Positions 27,359-36,834 of a DNA stretch of 49,457 bases are shown here, in pieces (positions within the stretch are counted from its first letter, which is position 1; every line of letters begins with the position of its first letter). A program made the position numbers and the translations under genes. The notes beneath the pieces were generated by a model, which did no database searches, was not told the DNA's origin, and worked only from the letters and a program-made list of their open reading frames with translations. The stretch lies in the NCBI GenBank assembly GCA_902777615.1, contig CACYUQ010000006.1:1-49457 (forward strand), given 5' to 3'. This DNA is from an uncultured Selenomonadaceae bacterium (GTDB lineage Bacteria; Bacillota; Negativicutes; Selenomonadales; Selenomonadaceae).

Positions 27359-28203
27359 GCACCCCTCCCCAAGCCGATCCGGCAAATATGCTCTTTCTCT
27401 TCCGCTTCCATCTCGCGGAACATGCCCTGACGGGCACGAAGCCCCTCGAAATCGACGAGATGCCCGTCGAACTCCGGCCCATCTACGCAGGCAAATTTCG
27501 TCTCGTTGCCTACCTGCACGCGGCAGCCGCCGCACATACCCGTACCGTCCACCATGACCGGATTCAGGCTGACGATGGTTTTGAGCCCCAGCGGCCGCGT
27601 CGCTTCGACGACACTCTTCATCATCACGACTGGACCGATCGCATATACCAGATTGATCTTTTCACCGCGCTCAACAAGCTGCGTGAGTGCCGTCGTGACA
27701 AAGCCTTTGATTCCGTAACTACCATCGTCGGTAGTCACAATCGTCTCATCGCTAATTGCGCGCATTTCCTTTTCCATAATCAGAATGTCTTTGCTGCGCG
27801 CCCCCATGATAGAAATGACTTTATTCCCCGCTTCCTTCATGCCGCGCGCAATCGGATACACCGGCGCGACGCCGATACCGCCGCCGATGCAGACGACGGT
27901 GCCAAGCCCCGGTTCAATTTCGGATTTTTGCCCCAGCGGCCCGACGAAGTCGAGAATCTCGTCGCCTTCTCCCAAAGTCGCCAGCAGTTCCGTAGACGCA
28001 CCAACCACCTGGAAAATAATCGTGATGATGCCTTTTTCACGGTCGAAATCGGCGACTGTCAGCGGAATCCGCTCTCCTTCCTCGTTGGCACGCAGGATGA
28101 TGAACTGCCCCGGCTGCGTCTTTTTCGCGATACGCGGCGCCTCCACATCGAAACGATAGACGCCCGGCGAAAGAAGTTCCTTCTTCAACACCTTTGCCTT
28201 CAA
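27355..28203 (-). CDS. PyrK-like FAD/[2Fe-2S] electron-transfer subunit, NfnA/SudB-like small subunit
   Basis: KVLKKELLSPGVYRFDVEAPRIAKKTQPGQFIILR..., GGGIGVAPV, and the C-terminal DGTGMCGGCRV cluster motif. Start assigned to TTG 28203 after GGGGGGA. The ORF-track extension upstream has no homology pattern. Confidence 0.85.
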   Translation of the reverse strand: MKAKVLKKELLSPGVYRFDVEAPRIAKKTQPGQFIILRANEEGERIPLTVADFDREKGIITIIFQVVGASTELLATLGEGDEILDFVGPLGQKSEIEPGLGTVVCIGGGIGVAPVYPIARGMKEAGNKVISIMGARSKDILIMEKEMRAISDETIVTTDDGSYGIKGFVTTALTQLVERGEKINLVYAIGPVVMMKSVVEATRPLGLKTIVSLNPVMVDGTGMCGGCRVQVGNETKFACVDGPEFDGHLVDFEGLRARQGMFREMEAEEKEHICRIGLGRGA

Positions 28204-28229
28204 ATTGAGTCCCCCCAGAAGATAAATTT

Positions 28230-28970
28230 TTATTTCAAGATGCCTCTCAAATACGCTTCCGTATTCGACTTGATCGGCATCAGGTAAATACAATGTCCGT
28301 TCCTCTGCGCAAAGCCAAGAACCTTGCGCGCAAATTCGACGCTCCATTCCAGCGTTGGCGCAAATTTCTTCGGGAAAATCACATGATTTTTCCGTTCCCA
28401 ATAGCTCTTCGTGCGCTCGGAGGTAATCGGTGAAACGCCCCAGCAAACGTTAATCCCGTCGAGCATATCGGCATACATTTCCAAAAAGCGCATATCAAAA
28501 AACGGCTGCGTAAAGAAACCAGTCGCGCCCGCCTGCAATTTGCGCCGAATTTGGTATAGTTCCTGCTGCATACTGCCCCGATACTGATCAATGCCTGCGT
28601 AAACGGCCACCTCCGGCAGTTCCTCGCGAAACTTCCGTATCACATCGGTCGTCACCGTCGGATATACCGTATGCATCATATCCTGCGGCGGATCGCCTTC
28701 GATGACAAGCACTTCGCGAATTTCATGCTCCTTGATGTACTCTCCCATCGCAAGCGGACGCGAAAGATCCACGTCCATCGCCCGGATATGCGGCATCGCA
28801 GGGAAAAATTCCTGTGCGATAGCTGCGCCCTCCCAGCTTCTAAGCTCATACCGCAAAAGATCGGGAATATTGACGCGATCGACTTTCAGGCGAGTCTCCT
28901 TGAGGAGCTTCAATTCCTCGCGCAGTTCCTCCTCATTGCGCGGAACGAGCTCCACCGCAATCCTTTTCAT
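28230..28970 (-). CDS. Short methylenetetrahydrofolate reductase (MetF)-fold protein
   Basis: 246 aa. VELVPR, HIRAMD, VLVIEGDPP, YAGIDQY, KLQAGATGFFTQPFFD and WGVSPI follow the order of MTHFR TIM-barrel motifs. It is shorter than classical MetF of about 290-300 aa. Confidence 0.65.
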   Translation of the reverse strand: MKRIAVELVPRNEEELREELKLLKETRLKVDRVNIPDLLRYELRSWEGAAIAQEFFPAMPHIRAMDVDLSRPLAMGEYIKEHEIREVLVIEGDPPQDMMHTVYPTVTTDVIRKFREELPEVAVYAGIDQYRGSMQQELYQIRRKLQAGATGFFTQPFFDMRFLEMYADMLDGINVCWGVSPITSERTKSYWERKNHVIFPKKFAPTLEWSVEFARKVLGFAQRNGHCIYLMPIKSNTEAYLRGILK

Positions 28971-29038
28971 CTAGACGCCTCCCTGTCCCTAAAAAATGAT
29001 ATTGATCTCACAATCCACGCTACTCCATACTCAACGTA

Positions 29039-30630
29039 TCAGAACAATCCCGTGATACGTCCGGCTTCGTCGATATCCATCGCCTCCGCCGCCGGTTTTT
29101 TCGGAAGTCCCGGCATTGTCAGTATATCACCTGTCAGCGCAACAATAAAGCCCGCGCCCGCAGAAACCCGAAGTTCACGCACTGTGACGGAAAATCCGCG
29201 CGGCCGGCCGAGTTTCGAAGGATCATCGGAAAGCGAATATTGCGTTTTCGCCATGCAGACCGGCATCTTGTCGAGGCCGAGCGCCTCGATTTCGGCGAGC
29301 TGTTTTTTCGCGGCGGAAGTAAACTCTACACCGTCCGCGCCGTAAACCGTGCGCGCCACCGTCGCAATTTTATCGGGAATCGACGCGTCCGCTTCGTAAA
29401 GCGTATGGAAATTTTTCGGCTTCGCCATCGCCGCCTCGACTTTTTTCGCCAGTGCGACGCCGCCTTCGCCGCCTTTCGCCCAGACCTCGGAGATTGCAAC
29501 CTCCGCGCCGAGCTCTGCACACTTTTTCTCGACAAAAGAAAGTTCTTCAGCCGTATCCGTCGGAAACGCGTTGACCGCGACGACGGCGGGGAGGCCGAAC
29601 GCCTGAATCGTTTCGATATGTTTCAAAAGGTTTTCCATACCCTTCGAGAGCGCGTCCATATCGACGCGGGAAAGATCGTTTTTCGGCACGCCGCCATGCA
29701 TCTTCAGCGCGCGCACTGTCGCGACGATAACCACTGCGTCAGGCGAGAAGCCTGCGAAGCGGCACTTAATGTCAAGGAACTTTTCCGCACCGAGATCCGC
29801 GCCGAATCCTGCCTCCGTCACAACCACGTCGGCCAGCTTAAGTGCCAGCTTCGTCGCCATAACGCTGTTGCAACCGTGGGCGATATTCGCAAACGGGCCG
29901 CCATGAACGAACGCGGGCGTGCCGCCCAGCGTCTGCACGAGATTCGGCTTGATTGCGTCCTTGAAAAGCAACGTCAATGCGCCGGTAACATTCAGTTCCT
30001 TCGCGCGGATGGCGCGTCCATCCGTCGTATAAGCAACGACAATCTCGCCGAGCCGCCGCTTCATATCCGTCAGGCTGCCGGACAGGCAAAGAATCGCCAT
30101 CATTTCGGAAGCGACCGTGATGTCGAATCCCGCACGCGTTTCCAGACAATGCGCCGCACGTCAATGTTCAGCGCGTTGCCTTGCTGGATATGGTTGTCAA
30201 TCACGGCCGCAAGCAGATTGTGCGCGGTGGTGATGGCGTGGAAATCGCCGGTGAAGTGCAGATTGATATCCTCCATCGGCACGACCTGCGAATAACCGCC
30301 GCCCGCCGCGCCGCCTTTCAACCCGAAACATGGGCCGAGGGACGGCTCGCGGAGCGCAACCGCCGTTTTCTTGCCCATTACATGGAACGCATCGGCAAGT
30401 CCCACACTGGTCGTAGTTTTGCCCTCACCCGCAGGCGTCGGATTGATGGCCGTCACCAAGACGAGCTTCCCGTTCGGGCGCTCCTTGACACGCTCCCAAA
30501 CGGACGCCGCGATTTTCGCCTTGAACTTTCCGTAAAGCTCCAGCTCGTCCTCCGTGACGCCAAGCGTTTTCGCAATCTCCCGAATTGGTTTGATCACAGC
30601 CTCTTGGGCAATTTCCACATCGCTCTTCAT
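29039..30630 (-). pseudogene. fhs: Formate--tetrahydrofolate ligase, disrupted by an internal deletion/frameshift
   Basis: The N-terminal ORF (30630..30100) has [22 protein letters not shown]...[15 protein letters not shown]. The C-terminal ORF (30103..29039), extended upstream in its own frame, reads [16 protein letters not shown]... to ...ITGLF. The two conserved blocks abut at about 30128-30135 in different frames, and the conserved segment of about 26 aa that lies between them in the family is absent. Confidence 0.8.
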
Positions 30631-30665
30631 ACCTTTCCCCTCCTCAAAACTCTATAAATAAAAAA

Positions 30666-31517
30666 TTATTTCCTGTTTTGTATTTTCGCAGCCGTTACGA
30701 CGTTTTGCATCAGCATCGCCACCGTCAGGAGGCCGACGCCCCCCGGCACCGGAGTAATCGCTCCTGCGACCTCACTGACCGTTTCAAAATCCACATCGCC
30801 GACCAGCTTTTTCGGCTCGATGCGGTTGATGCCAACGTCAATGACCGTCGCTCCCGGCTTTACCATATCCGCCGTCACGAATTTCGGTTTGCCGATAGCC
30901 GCGACGAGGATGTCCGCCTGTCGCGTTATTTCCGCAAGATTCTTCGTGTGGGAATGACAGATCGTCACCGTGGCGTTTTTCGCCAGCAAAAGCTGCGCCA
31001 TCGGCTTTCCGACAATATTGCTGCGCCCTATGATGACGGCGTGTTTCCCGTCCATCGGAATATCGGCGTATTCCAGCATCTTGATGCAGCCCGCTGGCGT
31101 GCAGGGCGCAAGCGCCTCCTGCCCCGTAGACAAACGCCCGACATTCACCGGATGAAAACCATCCACATCCTTGTCCGGCGAAATGCGGTTCAAAACCTCC
31201 TGCTCCGCTTCGGAAAGTGCCGCCGGAAGCGGAAGCTGGACGAGAATCCCGTGAATGTCGGCATCGGCATTCAATCTGTCAATAACCGCCAGTAATTCGT
31301 CCTTCGTCGTATCGGCAGGCAGCGTCTCCATTACGGAATGAAAGCCGAGCTCCTCGCAGGCTTTATTTTTATTGCGGACATAAACCGCCGAAGCGGGATT
31401 GTCCCCCACCATCACCACGGCGAGCCCAGGACGAAGCCCAAGAGACACCGCCTCCCGCTTCGCCGCCTCTTTAATCTTCGCCGCATATTCTTTCCCAGAC
31501 AAAATCCTTGCCGTCAT
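30666..31517 (-). CDS. folD: Bifunctional methylene-THF dehydrogenase / methenyl-THF cyclohydrolase
   Basis: LAVVMVGDNPASAVYVRNK..., ILVQLPLP, GRSNIVGKPMAQLLL and PVPGGVGLLT are present. ATG at 31517 lies 8 nt after GGAGG. Confidence 0.95.
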   Translation of the reverse strand: MTARILSGKEYAAKIKEAAKREAVSLGLRPGLAVVMVGDNPASAVYVRNKNKACEELGFHSVMETLPADTTKDELLAVIDRLNADADIHGILVQLPLPAALSEAEQEVLNRISPDKDVDGFHPVNVGRLSTGQEALAPCTPAGCIKMLEYADIPMDGKHAVIIGRSNIVGKPMAQLLLAKNATVTICHSHTKNLAEITRQADILVAAIGKPKFVTADMVKPGATVIDVGINRIEPKKLVGDVDFETVSEVAGAITPVPGGVGLLTVAMLMQNVVTAAKIQNRK

Positions 31518-31539
31518 GATCTTTGCCTCCAAATTTATA

Positions 31540-32412
31540 TCACTTCACGCCATAGCTCCACCAGGTGCAGAGAAACATTGCTACGGATACAACGCCGTTT
31601 CGCATGAAGTAAGCTTGCGTCAGGCTTGAAAAATCATAAGGCGCAATGATTCGGTGCTGAAAGACGAGCGTCAAAGCGGCAATCAGTACGCCAACGTAAT
31701 ATGGCCATGAAAGGCTTGTCATAATCCCCACGAGCACAAAGCAGACGATACACGCCGCATGAAGGGCTCTCGCCATCCGAAGCGCCATCGGAACGCCTAC
31801 CTTTGTTGCCAGTGAATGAAGGCCATGCGCTTTATCAAAATTCTCATCCTGCGCACCATATACCGCATCGAATGCGCCAATCCAAAGACCGACGGCAAGA
31901 CAAAGCATAATCATTGGCGGGTCAATGGAAGCCCGCACCGCAACCCAACCGCCCGCAGGCGCCATTGCAATCGCAATGCCGAGCACACCGTGACAGAAAA
32001 ACGTCACACGCTTCATAAATGGATAAATCAGAAACGGGATTGCCGCCAATGGTAGAAGTTTAATACAAACGGACGGAAGCTGCAAAACAGCGACGACGCA
32101 AACAATAAGACTTACCGCCGTCAAGAGGACCGCTTCTTTCATCGTCACCGCGCCCGTCACCATCGGACGTCGTTTGAAACGCGGATGCACTTTGTCGTAT
32201 TCCAGATCAATCATATTGTCGAGCGCCAGCGCCGCGCTTCGTGCTCCCGTAATCGCCAGCGTAATCCAGAGCAAAACCGATAGATCCGGCACACCGTCCG
32301 CCGCGAGGAACGCGCCCATATAAGCGAAGGGTAAATCGAAAATCGTATGATGAAGCGCGATATTTTCCACATGGGCTTTCAGCTTGTTCACTCGAAGCCA
32401 AGCTCCTTCCAT
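31540..32412 (-). CDS. UbiA-family aromatic prenyltransferase (4-hydroxybenzoate polyprenyltransferase-like; possibly MqnP-type)
   Basis: Polytopic membrane protein with ALDNMIDLEYDKVHPRFKRRP (NxxxDxxxD-type motif). An alternative GTG start at 32391 would overlap the UbiD-like stop as GTGA. Confidence 0.8.
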   Translation of the reverse strand: MEGAWLRVNKLKAHVENIALHHTIFDLPFAYMGAFLAADGVPDLSVLLWITLAITGARSAALALDNMIDLEYDKVHPRFKRRPMVTGAVTMKEAVLLTAVSLIVCVVAVLQLPSVCIKLLPLAAIPFLIYPFMKRVTFFCHGVLGIAIAMAPAGGWVAVRASIDPPMIMLCLAVGLWIGAFDAVYGAQDENFDKAHGLHSLATKVGVPMALRMARALHAACIVCFVLVGIMTSLSWPYYVGVLIAALTLVFQHRIIAPYDFSSLTQAYFMRNGVVSVAMFLCTWWSYGVK

Positions 32413-33848
32413 CGGGCGGTTACGCGCTCTTTGATCTCGTCCGTCATGCGGATTTCATCAGGCCATTCCCGCGTATGGCCTTCCTCCGGCCATGTCTTCG
32501 TCGCGTCAATGCCGACCTTAGTCCCCCACTTTGCCATTGGTGACGAATGGTCGAGCACGTCGAGAGGACCGTCCACCAGAACGATGTCCTGCCGCGCGTC
32601 AATATTATTAAAGACGCGCCACCAGACCTCATCCTCGTCCTGCACATTCACATGGGCGTCCACGACAATGATCATCTTCGTGAACATCATCTGCCCCATA
32701 CCCCAAATGGCCTGCATGACCTTTTTCGCCTGCTGTGGATAACTCTTTTTGATAGAAATCATCGCACAGTTATGGAAAACGCCCGTCAAGGGCAGATTGA
32801 TATCAACTATTTCGGGAATCATCTGTTGCAAGAGTGGCAGGAAAATCCGCTCCGTCGCTTTCGCGAGGCAACAGTCCTCCATTGGCGGCTTACCAACCAC
32901 CGTCGCCGCGTAAATCGGATTCTTGCGGTGTGTAATGCACTGAATATGAAAAACCGGATAGTCGTCCGCCAACGAATAATAGCCGGTATGGTCGCCAAAA
33001 GGTCCTTCCCGACGCCGCTCATCCACGTCGACGTAACCTTCCAGCACAATCTCACTGGTCGCGGGTACTTCAAGATCGACGGTCACGCACTTCGTCAGCT
33101 CCACTGACTTTTTCCGCAAGAATCCTGCGAAAACCATCTCGTCGATATCCCGTGGCAGCGGCGCCGTCGCCGCGTAGGTCAACACCGGATCAGTGCCGAT
33201 GGCCACTGCCGCCTCGATCCGCGTCTTTCCCTGCGTTTTCGCGTCGCGGAAATTTTCCGCGCCGTTCTTGTGGATGTGCCAGTGCATTCCCGTAGTTTTT
33301 GAGTCGTATTTCTGGAGCCGGTACATACCGACGTTCCGCTTGTCTGTCGCCGGGTTCTTCGTAAAGACCAGCGGCAACGTAATAAACGGCCCGCCATCCC
33401 CGGGCCAGCAGGTCAAAATAGGAAAATCGTCGAGAGACGGATTGTCTTTGATAATTACTTCCTGGCACGGCGCGTTACTCACATACTTTGGGAAACGCAA
33501 CGCGTTTCGCGCCATTGGAATCAGTGAGACCAGATCCATTTTATGAGAAAATGAGATATACGGCAACCGTAGCAAGCTTCGTATCTCGTCGGCAACATCG
33601 TCCACCTTTTCAACGCCCAGCGCCATCGCCATACGCTCCATCGTGCCGAAGGCGTTCATCAGCACCGGCATTTTGTAACCTTTGACATTCTCAAATAGGA
33701 GCGCCACATTATCCGCGCCCTTCATCTTCGAGACGCGATCGGTAATCTCCGTAATTTCAAGCGCGCAGTCCACCTCGGCCGAAATCCGCTTCAAAAGGCC
33801 GCGCATCTCCAGCGCAGATATGAATTCCCGCAAGTCCCTGAACGCCAA
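32388..33848 (-). CDS. UbiD-family (prenyl-FMN-dependent) decarboxylase
   Basis: 486 aa. MAFRDLREFISALE...GPFITLPLVFTK.....NVGMYR....HW..HK...GPFGDHTGYY is UbiD-like throughout. TTG start after GGAGGG. Confidence 0.88.
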   Translation of the reverse strand: MAFRDLREFISALEMRGLLKRISAEVDCALEITEITDRVSKMKGADNVALLFENVKGYKMPVLMNAFGTMERMAMALGVEKVDDVADEIRSLLRLPYISFSHKMDLVSLIPMARNALRFPKYVSNAPCQEVIIKDNPSLDDFPILTCWPGDGGPFITLPLVFTKNPATDKRNVGMYRLQKYDSKTTGMHWHIHKNGAENFRDAKTQGKTRIEAAVAIGTDPVLTYAATAPLPRDIDEMVFAGFLRKKSVELTKCVTVDLEVPATSEIVLEGYVDVDERRREGPFGDHTGYYSLADDYPVFHIQCITHRKNPIYAATVVGKPPMEDCCLAKATERIFLPLLQQMIPEIVDINLPLTGVFHNCAMISIKKSYPQQAKKVMQAIWGMGQMMFTKMIIVVDAHVNVQDEDEVWWRVFNNIDARQDIVLVDGPLDVLDHSSPMAKWGTKVGIDATKTWPEEGHTREWPDEIRMTDEIKERVTARWKELGFE

Positions 33849-33869
33849 AGAAAGCCCTCCTATTATTCG

Positions 33870-34847
33870 TCACCGCCGCAAGACGAAGCGAACGACGAGG
33901 TAACTAATCTCGTAAAGCAAAATCAACGGAATCGCAATCATCGACTGCGTAAAAATATCGGGCGTCGGCGAAATGATCGCGCCGACCACAAAGGACAGGA
34001 AAATCACGATGCGCTGCTTCGACTGTAAAAACTTCGAGCCAATGAAGCCGAGCTTCGCGAAGACGATCACAAGCAGTGGCAGTTCAAACACCGCGCCAAA
34101 CGGCAATATGAACGCCAACACAAAATCGAAATACTGATGCAGCGTGAACATCGGCTGCAAATTCTCGGTGCTGAACCCGACGAAAAACTGCAGCGCCGCC
34201 GGAAGCACGAGGAAAAACGAAAACGCAAGCCCACCGAAAAACAGCAACACCGAAGACGGCACGAGAATCCCAACGACCGTTCGTTCCCGTACCGTCAACG
34301 CGGGCAGGATGAATTTCCAAACCTGATAAAATATTACGGGCAGTGCAATCAAAAAGCCCGCGAAAATCGCAATCTTGATATAAGTGAAAAACGCTTCCGC
34401 CGGTTGCAGATAATAGAGGCGCCCCCCCGCCGGCAGCGTCAGGTAACGCATGATATCTTCAATAAAGAAATACGCGACGCCGCTGCCAACGGCAATCGCA
34501 ACCAGCGCCCGGATGATACGCGTCCGAAGCTCCTCCAGATGGCGCAGGATGGACATATTGCCCTCCTCGTCGTCTTCCGCTTCTTCGTCATCGTCGTCCG
34601 CATCCGGTTCCGACGGCAGTTCCTTCTCCACCACCGTCGGCAAATTCTCCGCTTCCGACGGAGCGTCTTTTTCCTTTTCTTCTTCCTCCGAAACGCGTGC
34701 GGCGTTCGGATTCTCCGTCCACGGATTATCGGCGAGCCGCGCGCGCGCCGCTTCTGCCGCCTTTTCCTTTGCGTCCGGCTCGGTCGCGCCCGTTCCGCCC
34801 GTCATGCTGTCCGTCGGTGCGCTGCGTTCCTTCTCTGCCTCTGCCAT
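33870..34847 (-). CDS. tatC: Twin-arginine translocase subunit TatC with a possible ~97-aa acidic N-terminal extension
   Basis: The core starts at MSILRHLEELRTRIIRAL... with six hydrophobic segments. The in-frame ATG at 34847 has a GAGGA RBS 10 nt after the tatA stop. An alternative start is ATG 34556. Confidence 0.85.
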   Translation of the reverse strand: MAEAEKERSAPTDSMTGGTGATEPDAKEKAAEAARARLADNPWTENPNAARVSEEEEKEKDAPSEAENLPTVVEKELPSEPDADDDDEEAEDDEEGNMSILRHLEELRTRIIRALVAIAVGSGVAYFFIEDIMRYLTLPAGGRLYYLQPAEAFFTYIKIAIFAGFLIALPVIFYQVWKFILPALTVRERTVVGILVPSSVLLFFGGLAFSFFLVLPAALQFFVGFSTENLQPMFTLHQYFDFVLAFILPFGAVFELPLLVIVFAKLGFIGSKFLQSKQRIVIFLSFVVGAIISPTPDIFTQSMIAIPLILLYEISYLVVRFVLRR

Positions 34848-34857
34848 GCGCCGTCCT

Positions 34858-35097
34858 CTATTTCGCCTCCGCCCCAGCTTCAGCTTTTTCCTCGGTCTTC
34901 GTCTCCGCCTTTGCCTCGCGGCGTGATTTCTCCGGCGCGGCGTCAAGCTCCTCCGACACTGCAGTCGTCGCCTTCTTGAACTCGCGAATGCTCTTTCCAA
35001 CCGCGCGCCCCACTTCCGGCAGTTTGCCGGGGCCGAAAACCACCAGTCCGATAATCAAGATCAAGATAAGTTCGGGAACACCGATGCCAAACATCAA
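34858..35097 (-). CDS. tatA: Twin-arginine translocase subunit TatA/E
   Basis: [43 protein letters not shown] is the canonical TatA TM plus amphipathic helix. Confidence 0.93.
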   Translation of the reverse strand: MMFGIGVPELILILIIGLVVFGPGKLPEVGRAVGKSIREFKKATTAVSEELDAAPEKSRREAKAETKTEEKAEAGAEAK

Positions 35098-35126
35098 ACG
35101 CGCCTCCTAACCCTAGAGAGTATTTT

Positions 35127-36122
35127 CTAAAAATCCCGTTTTCCGATATATGCTGCCGCTTCAAGGAACGCGTCCCGCGCCTCTCCGCCGACAGTTTCCG
35201 GCAAAGCACGCCGTGCCTCGTCCAGATAAGCCGCCGCCCGTATCCGCGCCGTCGCGATGCCGTCCGAGGCACGGACAATCTCCAGCGCGCGGATGACCAT
35301 CTCATCCGTCATATTCCGATTCGTAATGATCGTGCACAGCTCTTCTCTGGCCGGGCTTGCATCCAGCGCGCAAATCACCGGCAATGTCACGACGCCCTGA
35401 CGGATATCGTTGCCCGCAGGCTTTCCGATGCGCTCCGCGTCGCCCGTAACGTCAAGCAAATCATCGGTAATCTGGAATGCCATACCGACCGCTTTCCCAT
35501 ACGCCTTGAGCCCCGCACAGACCTCCGCCGACGCGCCGCCGACCAAGCCGCCCAACTCGCAGCAAATCGCGAGAAAATCCGCCGTCTTCATTGCGATACG
35601 ACGCTCGTACTCCTCCAAGTTATGATTCGCCGTATACAGCGCGGAATCCTGCAAAATTTCTCCAGCGCAAAGCCCCTGCACCAACGCGGCAAGCCTGTCC
35701 CCTATGTCCTCGGAATAGCCCTTGCGCGACACCAGTGAAAACGCCCGTGCAAACATGTGATCTCCGGTCAGAACCGCAATCTGGTTTCCCCATTTCGCGT
35801 TCGCTGTCTCTGTTCCGCGGCGCGTCTCGGCATGATCGATCACGTCATCATGCACCAGTGACGCCATGTGAATCAATTCCACAGCAGCCGCCAGCGGCAT
35901 CGCCTTTTTCTCGTCAAACCTTTCACAGGACTTCGCCGCCAAAAGATAGAGAGCGGGACGAAGCCGCTTCCCACCGGAACGCACTAGATGCATCCCGATT
36001 TCCGCAATCAGCGGTACCGGCGAGGCCAGCGCCTCAGCAAGCGTTTGTTCCAACAGTTCAAGTTCCGGCGCAATCCAACGAAAAATGTCGTTTGTCTCCC
36101 GTTTGTTTTCCATTATCCGCAT
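35127..36122 (-). CDS. Long-chain trans-polyprenyl diphosphate synthase (heptaprenyl/octaprenyl type)
   Basis: First and second Asp-rich motifs are present: LVHDDVIDH and FQITDDLLD. 331 aa. Confidence 0.88.
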   Translation of the reverse strand: MRIMENKRETNDIFRWIAPELELLEQTLAEALASPVPLIAEIGMHLVRSGGKRLRPALYLLAAKSCERFDEKKAMPLAAAVELIHMASLVHDDVIDHAETRRGTETANAKWGNQIAVLTGDHMFARAFSLVSRKGYSEDIGDRLAALVQGLCAGEILQDSALYTANHNLEEYERRIAMKTADFLAICCELGGLVGGASAEVCAGLKAYGKAVGMAFQITDDLLDVTGDAERIGKPAGNDIRQGVVTLPVICALDASPAREELCTIITNRNMTDEMVIRALEIVRASDGIATARIRAAAYLDEARRALPETVGGEARDAFLEAAAYIGKRDF

Positions 36123-36158
36123 CGCCGCGCCTCGAATTTTAGCTTCACGGGACGCCTC

Positions 36159-36590
36159 CTATTTCTGCTTTTTTTCCATTTCTTTCTGCCAGCCGACAAG
36201 ATCTGCCAAAGTCACCGAATCCATGACCGACCGAATCGCCACGTCCAGCTTCTCCCAGAGACGAAGCGTCGCACAGGTTTGATGACGCGGACACTCATTC
36301 GTCTCCGACGCTAAGCACGCGACAGGTGCAAAATCGCCCTCGATGGAAGAAACAATTTCCCCCGCCGTGTACTCCTCCGGCTTGCGCACAAGACGATAGC
36401 CGCCTTGCGGGCCTCGGCTTGAACGCACCAATCCCGCCTTGTTCAGCACTGACACAATCTGCTCCAGGTACTTTTCCGAAAGTTCCTGCCGCCCCGCAAT
36501 ATCCTTGATACGGACCGGCATATCGCTCTCCGCGAGAGCGATGTCCATCATCAGTCGCAACGCATACCTGCCGCGCGTTGAAATCTTCAT
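36159..36590 (-). CDS. Rrf2-family transcriptional regulator
   Basis: MKISTRGRYALRLMMDIA...L.RAGLV.S.RG..GGY.L pattern, with Cys residues in the C-terminal half (CLASETNECPRHQTC). Confidence 0.9.
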   Translation of the reverse strand: MKISTRGRYALRLMMDIALAESDMPVRIKDIAGRQELSEKYLEQIVSVLNKAGLVRSSRGPQGGYRLVRKPEEYTAGEIVSSIEGDFAPVACLASETNECPRHQTCATLRLWEKLDVAIRSVMDSVTLADLVGWQKEMEKKQK

Positions 36591-36772
36591 CGCAAATCCC
36601 CCCGCACTCCGACCAACATATATTAGAATTCATTCCTATATATCCTACCATATCAAAGGCTTATTTGCACGCGAATTTTTCAAGAATTAAAAATAAAGTG
36701 AGCTATATATGAACATTTGTGTTATAACGAAGTTGCGCTTCTTTGAAACGTGCAAAAAGAATCTTTTATCTA

Positions 36773-36802
36773 TCGACAAAATACAAACAATGGCGTTATA
36801 AT
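36773..36802 (+). promoter_or_regulatory. Putative cstA promoter
   Basis: tcgaca at 36773-36778, an 18-nt spacer, then TATAAT at 36797-36802. It is followed by AAAGGAGAG and ATG 36835. Confidence 0.45.
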
Positions 36803-36834
36803 CTTCCTCAATAACATAAAAGGAGAGAAACCAT

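Noticed and set aside
27359-28446. N-terminal extensions offered by the ORF track for the NfnB-like (to 27535), NfnA-like (to 28446) and TatC (to 35000) genes.
   Set aside because: The extensions overlap the preceding genes, are Arg-rich or lack the family pattern, and lack an RBS. Internal starts with good RBSs (27358 with its ATGA overlap, 28203 and 34847) give family-typical lengths.
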